Part shown: positions 24,911 to 38,300 of the stretch, piece by piece
Layout of the letters: the number at the start of each line of letters is the position of its first letter
How positions within the stretch are numbered: the first letter of the stretch is position 1
Source: Octopus sinensis
Taxonomy: Eukaryota
Direction of reading: 5' to 3'
NCBI RefSeq assembly: GCF_006345805.1
Contig: NC_043002.1
Location: forward strand, 56,544,001 to 56,608,000
Length of the DNA: 64,000 nt
Translations under genes and position numbers: made by a program
The notes under the pieces: generated by a model
The model's database searches: none
What the model was told of the DNA's origin: nothing
The model's input: the letters and a program-made list of their open reading frames with translations, nothing else

Positions 24911-26308
24911 TTTCCTCGGTGTGTCTGATGCAGTATCCAGCTAGCCTCATCCTTCTATGCTGTATCTTCAATGTTACTTTTAGTAGTCCCTGGTATAAGT
25001 TGGCATTTGTCGTATGACTCTTCCAGGAGACATTGAATGCCATTCTAAGCATCCTCGAATAACAACTGTCCAACTGCTTCTTCAATGCTTTAGTATGTCT
25101 AATATAACAGCTTTACAGTCAAATTTATAAGTTATGTTGGTTATTAGTAGCCTGTTCTCAAATTTACATGTTCATTGTGCATTATACTGATATGCAGGTT
25201 TTTGGTTTCATAGTATTTTACTAGTTTTAGCTTATGGTTGGGAACGATGCATTTGGTGTTCCATTTTATGAAGTTTTTGATGAGGTATTCATCTGTTCAA
25301 TAGTTTTTACGCATTTAATTTATTTAATAAGTTTCACATTTGATGTATTCTTGTATTGTTTTATTCTTTTACTTGTTGCAGTCATTTGACTGTGGCCATG
25401 CTGGAGCACTGCCTTTAGTCAAAGAAATCAACCCCAGGACTTATTCTTTGTAAGCCTAGTCCTCATTCTATCAGTCTCTTTTGCTGAACCACTGGATTAT
25501 GGGGACATAAACACAACAGTCGTCAAGCGATGGTGGTGGGGACAAACACAGACACACATATATGTGACGGGCTTTTTTCAGTTTCTGTCTACCAAATCCA
25601 CTCCCAAGGCTTTGGTTAATGGTGATGATGATGATGGTATATTAGTGTTTTTTTCTAATCAGTTATATCTGTTCTAATGAATCAATGACCTTGTGCTAAG
25701 AAATCATTAATTATGTTCCTTTATATTTGACTAAGGTCAACTTTACCTTTCATTCTCCTGGAGCAATGATATAGCAAGTGGCAACCAAGTGGATAGGATT
25801 CCAACCAACTCCTAAACTTATGGCTTGTGCTTATCTGAGAAATCACCATTGTCATTTAACATCCACTTTCCCATGCTTGCATGTGTCAGATGAAATTTGT
25901 TGAGGCAGATTGTCTACAGCCGGATGCCCTTCCTATCACCAACCTTCACCCGTTTCCCCATGACCAGACACATTTTGGAATACTGGAAATGAAGGACACT
26001 GCTTTCATGACAGGGACACTTGTTAACAACTAATACATGATATCAAGGCCAGGAGACAATACACACACACACACACATGATGGGCTCTTTCGGTTTCCAT
26101 CTACCAAATCCACTTATAAAGCACTGGTTGGCCAGAGGCTATAGTAGAACACATTTTTTCAAGGTGCACTGCTGTGGGACTGAACCTAAAAAACTGTGGA
26201 TGGGAAGCAAACTTTCTACCACACTGCCACGCCTGTACTTATTATTCATAGTAATAATTACTCGCAGCTACTTAATTTCTAGTGAAACCATCCATCAACA
26301 AGTCTTAC

Positions 26309-26342
26309 CGTTGACATTTTCCTTGTGTACATAATTAGACAT
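26309..26342 (-). CDS. THOC7: Candidate first coding exon of THOC7 (MSNYVHKENVN-D)
   Basis: ATG, 11 codons and G followed by a strong donor G|GTAAGA. Phase 1 fits the 16488 acceptor, and it lies in apparently unique sequence. No homology support. Confidence 0.35.
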
Positions 26343-27694
26343 GAAAAGTTTTAATTCCAAGCATGCTGAAGCAGATAAGATGAGGATATCATGATTAATT
26401 GACTTCTAAAAAGGAGTTTATTCCAAACATAATGAATGATGAAAGTGAAATTAAAGCCAACACACATTCACACTCAAAAATGTACTAAGTGGTTAGTGGT
26501 TAGTGTATTTGGTGCATGATCCCAAGGTCGCGAGTTCGATTCCTGGTAGCATATTGTGTCCTTGTGTGAAGTGTTTATTTCACGTTGCTCCAGACCACTC
26601 AGCTGGCAAAAGTGAGTGGTACCTGTGTGTCACGTTGAATCTCCCTGAGAACTACATTAAGGGTACGTGTGTCTGTGGAGTGCTCAGCCACTTGCATGTT
26701 AATCTCATGAGCAGGCTGTTCTGTTGATTGTATGAGCTGGAGCCCTCATCATTGTAAACACCAGAGTGCCAGTGTATATGTGTATCTAACTATATTGATA
26801 GATATGTTGTATCTTGAGAGGGTCATTCTCTCAATAAGAAACACACACACTGGTTGTATTTCACTTCTGTTACTACTACTATCATCATCATCATAATTAT
26901 TAATATTATCATTTTCATTTTCATTATTAGTCAAGTAGTTAACCATTTAACCTATCAACCAATTAATTGTTCAGCCAATTAATCAATCAGCTAGGTTCAT
27001 TAGAGTCCTTCCATCGTCATTCATGACCCCATCAATTAGATGCTCACGCTCTTCCGGACACTGATGAACCTAGCTGATTGACCGAGCAATTAATCAAATC
27101 ATCGATTAGTTAATCAGTCAGCTTGTTGGCGAAGAAATAATAAAAGTGAAGTGAAGCGGAACAAGAGATAAATATGCCTTTTAAGTTTCAGCAGTAGGTC
27201 TCTTTTTCTTTGTGTCTCTCAAATTGGTTCTCATAAAGTGTAATAGGGTTTAATTTTGCTACTTTGGCAATATGGCTAACTACACACACACACACACACA
27301 CACACAATGTACAGAAGCACATCTCAGCTTTCATTTCCATTTTAACTCTTTTGTTACCAAATCTCTGTATACACTACCTTTATGTCAATTAATTTTGGAA
27401 ATAATGAAGAATTTGATAAAATACCTGTCATTATTAATTGGGTGATTAAGGTGACAAACTGGCAGAATTGTTAGCTTGCTGGGCAAAATGCTTACTGGCA
27501 TTTCGTCTGTATTTATGTTTTGAGTTCAAATTATGCTGAAGTCGACTTTGCCTTTCATCCTTGTGGGGTCAATAAAATAAGTACCGGGTGAACGGGTCAA
27601 TAAAATAAGTACCAGGTGAACATCAGGGTCGATGTAGTCAACTTATTCACTCCCATGAAATTACTGGCTTTGTACTGAAATTTGAAACTATTAT

Positions 27695-28182
27695 TTGGCT
27701 GGGTGAAGTTCAGGGAAAGTGGAACGTTATTATATGGGAAAAGGTTCTCATTGAAGATGAAAGGAAAGGTCTGTAGGAGTTTTGTGAGAGCTGCAAAGCT
27801 GTATGGGAGTGAGAGAAATGTGTGGTGTGAGGCTGTATGATAAGAGGAGGACTGAGGACTTGATGGTGATGCTGGGGCTGGAGGAATCAGTGTAACGGCT
27901 GGCAAGGGCAAATTTAGTGCAATGGTATGGGCATATGTTGAAGAGGGATTAGGAGCATGTTCTGAAGAGGGTGCTGGAGTTTGAGGTAAATGGACCGAGA
28001 AAAACGTGGAGGGGACAGGTGGAGGAGGCGATTGGGAAAGTTGGCTTGAGAAAGGAGGACGCCCAAAACTGGGCAAAATGGTGTGAGGGCGGTTGCTATG
28101 GCATTGAGGTAGATGTGGCCACTCCTGTAAATGGTGACAAAACCTGGATTCAAAATGATGGATGATGATGATGATGATGATA
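27695..28182 (+). pseudogene. RTE LINE 3' fragment, second family
   Basis: GKRFSLKMKGKVCRSFVRAAKLYGSE..WYGHMLKR..GPRKTWRGQVEE followed by a (GAT)n tail. Confidence 0.8.
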
Positions 28183-29117
28183 TTAATCTGGAGTTTGGAA
28201 CATAAATTAATTTGAAATTTTGATTGGATTTAGATCCCTTTAGATCACTTCAATAGGAGAAGTTTGAGTCATAGAAACAAACGCAGTCTCAGGTAGGTAT
28301 GTATCAAAAGGGTCAACTATTTTGGTACCAACACACCTGACACTGCTTTGGGTCTAAGTTTTCAAGGAATCTAAATATTTTCCATCAAAATTTCATGTTA
28401 ATTTCTGTTCCAAGTATCAGCTAGATAATGACAAATTTATTTTACTAAATTTTCAAAATAAATTAAACCAGAGGCAGCAAATTCCAACAAAAATATGATA
28501 ATGAAAGAGTTAAACAGTTGCAATACATAGCCCTTCATTGCTAATTTTAAATCCATAGAAGGAGATATACATCAAGAGCAACCACAATAAAAGATAGCTT
28601 GATGCATAATAAATAGTTGAAGTGGAAATGAAGAAAAGCGTTACACTAATATTGTTGTTGCTTCACATATATTGAAAAAATTATTTAAAAGGCTGTTGCT
28701 GATCAGGATGATGATGAAGGTGATGAGAGTGATAATGGAGACAAAAACAATGATGATAATGTTGATAACATCAATGATAGTGATGTTGATAATGTGTTGT
28801 TATTTTTGTTGAACTTTAAAAGCTCATCAATATTGGATTGTATATAATACACTTACACAGTGTTCTGGGGTTGTAGTTTTTGTTTTCTTTACCAGTTATT
28901 ATCTCTATTATATATCTGATAAAGAAGAAAAATATGGCTTCCTTTCCTTTAAAAAGATAAAAACCCATGAAATAAATGAATAGTTTACTTGCTTTTACTT
29001 CATTCAATTTTCCTCTTACAGAGTTAACCATGAATGAATTAACGCCCCCCTCCATTCCTTTCAACAACAAAGGTTTTTATCTTTTCACAATGAAACACAC
29101 TCACACATATTACATTT

Positions 29118-29158
<41 letters not shown>

Positions 29159-29457
29159 TTAAATAAATCTATATATATATTTTCAATACTAATAAAGGGT
29201 AAAATTAATTAATTAATTAATAATTTTACCAAGTAGTTCAGTATGTTAAAATAACCTTTATCGGTAACCTTATACAAAAATTTTATAATTATAAGCATAA
29301 TTAAAATTAAGGTTCAGCAAATTGCTTTACCACATACTGAAATTTAGAAATAGCAGTTAAATGCTATTCCTCTACTATAAGATATCTCCCAGATAGCAAT
29401 ACTCTTAATTCACGTATGTAAAGAGAAAACAATAACAAATCCATCTGACTTTGATCA

Positions 29458-29532
29458 ACCACATACGAGTTTCTGAATTAAAGAGATGTAAAATTTTAAT
29501 TTTTACTCACTTATTTCCTTCTTCAGTGTAGT
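29458..29532 (-). ncRNA. Hammerhead ribozyme motif with long AU-rich stem II
   Basis: ACUACA-CUGAAGA-[GGAAAUAAGUGAGUAAAA..UUUUACAUCUCUUUAAUUC]-GAAA-CUCG-UA-UGUGGU; stem I ACUACA/UGUGGU. Confidence 0.6.
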
Positions 29533-29714
29533 ATTTCAATTGTAAATCTTAGAGTACTAATAATTAAATACGTATTTGACCAAGTGACTTTGAATAGCTA
29601 ATATCCCAAAACCAGCACTTCCGAATTTATACAGACCAGTGAGAACTCGCATTCTTCCCCAATCACCCACATGCGTTATGAGTACGTGAATATAAGAATA
29701 TTGCTGTCTAGGAG

Positions 29715-29747
<33 letters not shown>

Positions 29748-29749
29748 CT

Positions 29750-29878
29750 TTATCAAAAAGCAGCAAAAATATCACAAAAACTGTTACTAAGAGTTTAACG
29801 TTCCTGTCCGTCCAACGAAAGTGAACGTGAAACTCTGAGTAACAGCTTTTGTGACATTTTTGCTGCCTTTTAATAAAG
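29750..29878. repeat. Hairpin with degenerate HHR-like 3' arm
   Basis: GCAGCAAAAATATCACAAAAACTGTTACTAAGAGTTTAACGTTC pairs with GAACGTGAAACTCTGAGTAACAGCTTTTGTGACATTTTTGCTGC. Confidence 0.7.
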
Positions 29879-29963
29879 TGTATTACTCTACTTCTGGTAT
29901 TCGAGTACTATTTTTTCCACTTTGTTTCACATTTATGTGCTTCCTCTGGTATGTGTATATATA

Positions 29964-30477
29964 TACAGGGTGTCCATAAAGTCTCATTACAATTTAAAAA
30001 AATTATTACAAAGGCAGTTGATGAGATATTTTAACCAGATTTGTTTTATTTTAATAATTGTTTATTAATTTTTTTATTGATATTAAATTTTTGTGTTTCA
30101 GATACTCTGTTGATGGAAGGGAACTGATTCACTGAACCCCTATAAAATGGTTACTCCTCATGAAAAGCACAATGTGCGTCCTAGTTTATTGAGACAAAAT
30201 TGGATGTTCAGACTCAACGAAACTACAGAACTAAGTATGGAAGAGATCCACCATCGCGTTCTTCAATTCGTGCATGTGTGGTGTGGAATCATATGCAATT
30301 GAATAATTGGTCCATTTTTCTTCAATGAAGCAACAATTACTGCAGATGTTTACCTCGACCTTCTGACTGAATATGTGGCACCACAACTGATTGATTTACA
30401 ACCAACCATCATTTTCCAGCAAGATGGTGCACCACCATATTGGGGATGGCATGTTCGTCATTTCCTCAATCAAACCC
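29964..30477 (+). mobile_element. Tc1/mariner-superfamily transposon relic (DD41D/rosa-like), internally deleted
   Basis: TA-CAGGGTGTCC TIR. From 30147: FIETKLDVQTQRNYRTKYGRDPPSRSSIRA joined to VWCGIIC..IIGPFFFNEATITADVYLDLLTEYVAPQL..IIFQQDGAPPYW. Confidence 0.8.
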
Positions 30478-33400
30478 TGCCGTACTTTTTCACCACAACT
30501 TTCTCTCACTCTTTCCTCCTGTTTCTGTTATACCTGTAATTCAAAGGGCCAGCCTTGTCACACTCTGTGTCACGCTGAATCTCCCCAAGACTTATGTTAA
30601 GGGTACATGTATTTCTGGAGTACTCAGCCACTTGCACGTTAATTTCATGAGCAGGTTGTTCCATTGATTGGATCAACTGGAACCCTCGTTGTCATAACTG
30701 ACGGAGTGTCACGTTATCTATCTATCTATCTATATATATATATTTCGTTTTGGGATTTGGTTTGCAAGATTCTTAATGTGAGTTCATGTGTTGAAGTGGA
30801 AATTTTACCAGCAAAAAAAAAACAAAACAAAAGACAAAACAACTATAGTCAATTGGACGTACACAGTGAATATATTAAGATTGACCACTCAAAGAACCTT
30901 TTAGATGGAAAAATAGGTGTGGAAATATGATGTTCCAAGCATGGCTCTTTGTTGGCTAGATGAAAAAAATGACAAGAGAAGAGATAAAAAAAGCATCTTA
31001 GGCAAGTGTCTTCTACTATAGCCTTGGGCCAACCAAAGCCTTGTGAGTGGATTTGGTATACAGAAAATGAACGAAGCCCATCATGTGCACGTACACACAC
31101 ACACAGGCATAAAATCTATGTGTGTGTGCATGTGTTCGTTCCACACCACTGCTTGACAACTGGTGTTTGTCTACTCACGTTTCCATAACTTAACAGTTTG
31201 GCAAAAGGGATTGATGGAGTAAGTACCAGACATTGAAAATAAAAAAATAAGCATAGGGATTGATAGATTTGACTAAAAATTCAAGGCAGTGCTTCAAGCT
31301 GGCCACTGTCTTTTATAAAGTAAAAGATAAAAGAAAAAATAACAGAAGGCGGGGGGGGGGGGTGCACATTAAAGGGCCATGAGAAGGAAGTGTACATTGC
31401 AGAATTGGCCTAGGGAATAGGATACCCTGGTGCTGGCACTGTCACCATCACCGTTTTCACATCTGATTTTCCATGATTGTATGGGTTAGACAGAATTTGC
31501 TGAGGCAGATTTTCTAAAGCAGGACACCATTTCAGTCAGTAACCATCATCTGTTTCTAAGTAAGATTATATTTACCCACAGCCGAACCTCTTTCACAGAA
31601 GGTTGGAAGCAAAGAATACCACTTGTATGATGTTTGTTTATAACTATTGCATGATATTACCACCACACACAATACAAATATTATCATCACACACACACAT
31701 ACACAATGGGCTGCTTTCAGTTTCCATCTACCAAATCCACTCACAAGCCTTTGGTTGATCCAGGTCTCTAATAGAAGACATTTACTATGGTGCCTTGCTA
31801 CGAGCTTGAACCTGAAACTACATGGTTGATAAGTAAACTTCTTAACCACACTGCAATTATTCTTTAAGAATATATTACTATTTGTTGTTAGTTTCTCTGC
31901 ATTAGTTTTCTCAAAGATGTTTCAAAACAACCATTGGCTAAGAATTATCTCCAACTGCAGAATAGCAAATACATTGTTTCTATGGATGTTCGACATCAAC
32001 TTTTATGGAATTTTGTCAACAGTAGTTCTTACATTATTTATACATATTGCAGAAATATGAAGATAGATACACTTTATGACAGATTAGCAAAGTTGTCATT
32101 GCACAGAAACAGCCATATTAAATGTAATTAAGAACACTAAGTTTCACTGGAGATTTTCATTTTATTTTAATATTAAATCATCACTGTCATCATCATCATT
32201 ATCATTTTACCAGTCATTTTCCCATGTTTACATGGGTCAAATGTAATTTGTTGAGGCAAATTTTCTATGGTCAGATAGCCTTCTTATTGCCAACCCTTAC
32301 CTGTTACCAAACAAGGTAATTTTCCCCATGGCCAGACATGATTTTTCTTCATGAAAGACTGGAAATGAATGATGCTCATTTACAACCCTCATATGGTGTC
32401 AAGACGAAGCCCATCCCACCTCACATATATATACATATATACATAAATGAATGTGCATACACATGCACAGACAAATGGCTTCTTTGAGTTTACATCAACT
32501 AAATTTATTCAAAAGGCTTTGGTCAATCTGAAGCTATAGTAGCAGGAACACGCCCAAGGTGGCACCAAAGTCAAAGTCATATGGTTGGGAAGCAAGCTTT
32601 TTATGACCTAAACAGCCTTATCGTTTCAGATTTAAATACAAAAACAGAAAATTTAATTTTAAATATTTTCTTTAGTTCACTTGAATTTTTCCTAACTGGC
32701 ACTCCACTGGTTATGACAATGAATATTTCAGTTGCTTTGATCAACAGAACAGCCTGCTTGTGAGATTAACATGCAAGTTGCTGAGTACTCCACACACACA
32801 TGTACCCTTAATGTAGTTCTCATGGAGATTCAGTATGATACAGAATGTGACACAGCTGGCCCCTTTCAATTTGCAGGTACAACTCATTTTTGCCAGGTGA
32901 GTGGATTTGGAGCAATGTGCAATAAAGTGTCTTGCTCAAGGACATAACATGCTGCCGGGAATTGAACTCACAACCTTATGATCATGAACTGAATACCCCT
33001 AAATACGTACCTTCTTACTCGAGTACTTATTTTAGTTTCATAATTATTTTTATTGATTTCTATTTTCAATGATATATATAAGACTTGGCAAGTAAAATGA
33101 GATCACAGCTGTGGCCGATACCAGAGTTGCATAACCAGCCCATTTAAAAGTACCCTTGAATCGTCGGGCAATATGCTGCACTAGAGAAGACCTACAAATT
33201 TGAAATCAAAATGGAAATTGTAGTTGTGGTCAATGCCAGTGTCACCTGACTGGCTCCCCATGCCAGTGACACATAAAAAGCACCATCTGAACGTTGCTGA
33301 TGCCAGTGCCACCTGACTGGCTTCCATACTGGCAGCACATAAGCACCCATTACACTCTTGGAGTGGTTGGCATTAGGAAGGGCATCCAGCTGTAGAAACA

Positions 33401-35134
33401 TTGCAAGATCAGATTGGAACCCAGTGCAGCCTCCTGGCTCACCAGTCCTCAGTCAAAACGTCCAGCCCATGCCAGCATGGAAAGCAGATGTTAAACGACG
33501 ATGATGATGATATATGTGTGCTAATGTTTTGCTCAGAGGAATAATGAAAGCAATGGCACTAGTGGTGGTGGTAGTTATAGTAGAACTGTCAATATAAGCA
33601 AAATGGCTGAATGGTTAAGAAGTCTGTTTCTTGCTCATGAGGGTCTGAGTTCAATTCCCTTGCATGGCATCACCAGCAAGCATCTTTTAGTTTTGCGGAG
33701 GGCAAGACTACTTCTATAATGCTGAGGTCATGAAAAAATGCACCGAGTGCACTCTGTAAGGTAGTTGGCATCCAAATATAGAAACCAAACCAAAAGTGAA
33801 ACACTGGAGCAAGATGTATTCCTGCAAACTGTCAGGTCCTTTTGAACCATCACACTCACATCAGCATGAAAAGTGCATATATGATGATGGTGATAGTGGT
33901 GATGATTGTGCATTATGGCTGCAGTCAGATAATACTAAACGAATGTGAATGCTGCTTAACCCTTCAGCACTTAGACCAGCCATATCTGGCCTCTCATACT
34001 TACCCTACAATGTCATTCTAAAAATAAACAATCATATCACTGAAATCTCAAAGCTACAAGGTAATGCCTGATTAATTTGAACAATGTGAATAAATGAATA
34101 AGCATTACATACAGTAATTTGAATGCTAAACGATTAATTTTTTAATGAGGCACAGAGTTAAATTTTGTACAATTGGAGAAGTGAGTGAATCCCAACCACC
34201 ACAAGACTATTTTTAGCAAATTTGGATCAGTATCATGGCACTCCGTCAGTTATGACGACGAGGGTTCCAGTTGATCAGATTAATGGAACAGCCTGCTTAT
34301 GAAATGAACATGCAAGTAGCTGAGCACTCCACAGACATGTGTACCCTAAACGTAGTTCTCGGGGAAATTCAGCATGACACAGAGTGTGACAAGGCTGGCC
34401 CTCTGAAATACAGGTACAACAGAAACAGGAAGATGAAAGAGTACAGCAGGGTTCTCCACCACCCCCTGCTGGAGCCTCGTGGAGCTTTATGTGTTTTCAC
34501 TCAATATACACTTACAACGCCTGGTCTGAGAATCGAAACTGCAATCCCATGACTGCGAGTCTGCTGCCCTAACCCTACAATAATACTGATACAATTTATT
34601 AGTCTTTCTCCCAACTGACTAAAATTATTTCACTGAGAGATGGCCAGAGTATTACATATTGTACGTGCGTGTGTGTGTGCACATATGTAACATGTAATAC
34701 AAATAAACTAATCACAATGGAACTTTGCAATAAGTAATCTCCAATATTGTGTGCGTGTGCATGCAGTTATCGGTGCAGAGTTCAGTCTCACTGTGTGGCT
34801 CTTTGGGTAAGTGACTTCTACTCTAGCACCAGGCTGAACAAAACTCTGTGAGTGGATTTGGTAAATGGAAACTGAAAGAAACCCGCATTTATATATATTT
34901 ATCAGTTTGTGTGTGTGTACCCTTGTCAAGAATCATTGTCATACAAGTGATGTTTGTTCCCAGTCTTCCATGGAAAACTTGTTTGGGTATGGGGAATTTA
35001 TTTACCTCGTCTATGAAATAGGTGAGGGTTGGTGACAGGAAGAGGACCCAGCCATAGAAAATCTGCTTCAATCAATTCTTTCTGACCCATGCAAGCATGG
35101 AAAACTAGATGTTAAAAATATATAGATACATATA

Positions 35135-35352
35135 AGGTGGTGAGCTGGCAGAAATGTTAGGACGCCAGGCAAAATGCTTAGCGATATTTTGACTGTCTTT
35201 ACATTTTGAGTTCAAATTCTGCCGAGGTTGACTTTGCCTTTCATCCTTTCGGGGTCGATAAATTTAGTAACTGTTATGTACTGGAGTTTAACTAATCAAC
35301 TGGTCCCCTCCCCATAAAAATTTTGGGCTTTGTGCCTAGAGTAGAAAAGAAT
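35135..35352 (+). mobile_element. SINE family C (Meta/MESC/RUDI-like central domain)
   Basis: GAGCTGGCAGAA..TTAG A-box, GAGTTCAAATTC B-box, GACTTTGCCTTTCATCCTTTCGGGGTCGATAAA core. Copies at 12250-12480, 18312-18740, 27448-27690, 48075-48270, 52785-53435, 60178-60380, 61010-61540. Confidence 0.75.
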
Positions 35353-38300
35353 ATATACATATATAATACACACACACACGTTCTTATACATTGCTTGTCT
35401 GTAACAGAGACATTTACGAGATAACCTGTTTCCATTTAATCTTTGGTCAAATACCACATAAAACTTAATCCTCAGTAGTCATGGTCAATTCATTAATCGT
35501 TATTTATTTCAGTCCTTTGACTGTGGCCATACTGGGCACTTTAGTTGAACAATTCAATCCCAGTACTTGTGGTTTTAAGTGTGGGTCTTATTTTATTGGT
35601 CTCCTGTGTTCAACTGCTGAGTCAAGGGGATGTAAACACACTAACATCGGTTTTCAAGTGGTGGTGGGGGAGAAAGACACACATGATAGGCTCTTTTCAA
35701 TTTCTGTTTACCAAATTTATTCCCAAGGCATTGGTCGACCCAAGTCTATAGTAGAAGATACTTGCCCAAGGTTCCACGTAGTGGGACCGAACCCGGAACC
35801 ATGTGGTTGGGAAGCAAACTTCTTGCCACACAGCCATGCCTGCACCTATATAATCAGTAATCATCATCATTGTAATAAATATTTTGCACAACATAAGCAG
35901 TCAATGCATTGCTAATTGTCATCCATCCTTTTTTCTATTCCCTCTGCATCTTTCAGAATGTCAAAACAGTGTTGGCACTTTCTCCGTAGCATTTCGGAAA
36001 ATGAAATTATCATATAAGCTAATCATCATTTTACATATCAAGAAATAAAGAATAAATAAAGGTATTAGTGATAAGATAATGCATTAACCCTTTTGACACC
36101 AACCCATCAGGGACTGTCACTACGTCTATGAGTCTATGATACGAACTTCCTATTTTAAAGGGATTTAGCTTAAAGCATCCCATATAAATTTCATGTTAAT
36201 TTATGCTCCAAAGAACAGCTTAATAATGACAAAATTATTTTACTAAATTTATCTTCCTGTTCCACTGCATCATCACTGTTTTAATGTCTAGTTTTCTATG
36301 CTTCCATAGATCAGATGAAGTTTATCAAGACACATTTTCTACAGCTGGATGCCCTTCCTGTTGAGAACCCTCACCTGTTTCCCAGTAAGGTTAATATTTC
36401 TCCAGGGTTAAACATATTTTTGATGGAAGGCTGGAAACAAACAAAAGTGTTTGTGTGACTGATGCATATTTATCACCATCACATGATATCAAGACAAGGC
36501 TACACGTAAATACACGTTTCTGTGTGTGAGTGTATAGCCAGCCACACTGTAAAGTGGTTGGTGTTAGGAAGGGCATCCAGCTGTAAAAATCCTGCCACAA
36601 CAGTCACAGACGTCTGGTGCAAGCTTCTGCCTGACTGGCTCCTGTCAAACTGTCCCACCCATGCCAGCATGGAAGGCAGATGTTAAATGACGAAGATGAT
36701 GATGATGATATATATATATATTGGCGTTGCTTGGGATTAAAATGGTATAATTTTTTAATTGTTTTACTTGTTTCAGTCATTTGTCTGTGGCAATGTTGGA
36801 GGACCGCCTTTAGTCGAACAAATCAACATCAGGATTTATTCTTTGTAAGCCCAGTACTTATTCTAATCATGTCTTTTGCCAAACTGCTAAGTTATGGGAA
36901 CATAAAAACAGCAACATTGGTTGTGAAGCAATGGTGGGTGCACAAACACAGACACACGCACAGATATATATATACACACATATATATCTACATCTATATC
37001 TATCTATCTATATATATATATATACATGATGATGATGATGATGAAATCCACTCACAAAGCTTTGGTCAGCCCAAAGATTTTGAATATATCCAATATCTTA
37101 AAAAATAAATGAAATCAGAACAGTGCAACAGAAGTATGGTAGCAAAAGGATTAAAACGTGGTGTTACCAACTGATCTATGTCACAGCTTCAGGAAATTAG
37201 CATGAAGAATGCGTTCCTACCACACATACTTCACACCTAACATAACTTTTTCGATATGGTAACAGAACTTCTTAAGTGCCTCATAATTACTTTCTTTTAC
37301 TTGTTTCAGACGCTGGACTATGGCCATGCTGGGGCACAGCCTTGAAGGGATTTTAGTGAATAAACTGACCCCAGTACTTCTTATTCTTTTAAGCCTGGTA
37401 TCAGCCTTTTTTTTTCTGAACTAAGTTATAGGGACATAACAAACCAGCACCAGTTATCAAGTGAAGGTGGAGGAACATGAAGAACAAACACACACACACA
37501 TAGTTGAAATTTATAGAAAAACAAAAGATGAAGACTGGTGTAGGAAAAACAAGCAAGTGTATTAGTTTGACACTTGGGAAAAATGGAAAAGTCTTTTACA
37601 TTTCAAGCTTATGCTCTTCAACAGAAAGGAACAAGAGGAAATAAATAGAGAGAGAATGAAAAATAAAACATATAGAGATCAGCAATCCAGCATGGCAAGA
37701 GACTCTTTTGTTGAAGATGACATATGAGTGTTCAGTTTTTGCCAAATGACTTGCACAAATGGTTTGTTTATAATGATCCAATGTATGTGCTGCATATTAG
37801 CTCACTCACTCTAATATGAGAAATGATTTTTGAATATTTATGAATGTTTTCAACCTCCAGTTCCACTCAGTACTGATTCTGGCCAATGTTTTCTTGCACT
37901 GTGCACTTTAAAACGATGGAAGAAGCTTTGTAGGTTAAAGAAGAAAAAAAAATTGGAAATTACAATCTCCACTTCCTTTATTTTGAAATAGAAAATGAAA
38001 CAATTTAAAAACAATAGTGAAATTAAAAAAAAAAAAAAAGGTTTACATAAACTCCACCGCCCGCAAAATACTAACATTTTGGCTCCCCCCATGCTGCAAT
38101 TAAAAAAAAAACATCATAGTTTTAAAATGTGGACAATAAGAATCTGTGATTTGCTTCTGTTTATAATTTCAAAATAATTTTTAGATGAAAAGATGATTCA
38201 AGGGAGATTTAGCTGTTATTTCTAGGACATTGCACAACCACCTGGTACTTTCCTTGTTTTTTTTGTCCCTCTGACATGTACAGAGGTTTCCCTCCCCCAC

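Larger units (their letters stand above)
24280..25090 (-). pseudogene. RTE-clade (RTEX-like) LINE 3' end, interrupted
   Basis: LDSCYSRMLRMAFNVSWKSHTTN..RRMRLAGYCIRHTEE|IANKLVLWQP; a similar LAGHC fragment lies at 48300-48565. Confidence 0.8.
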
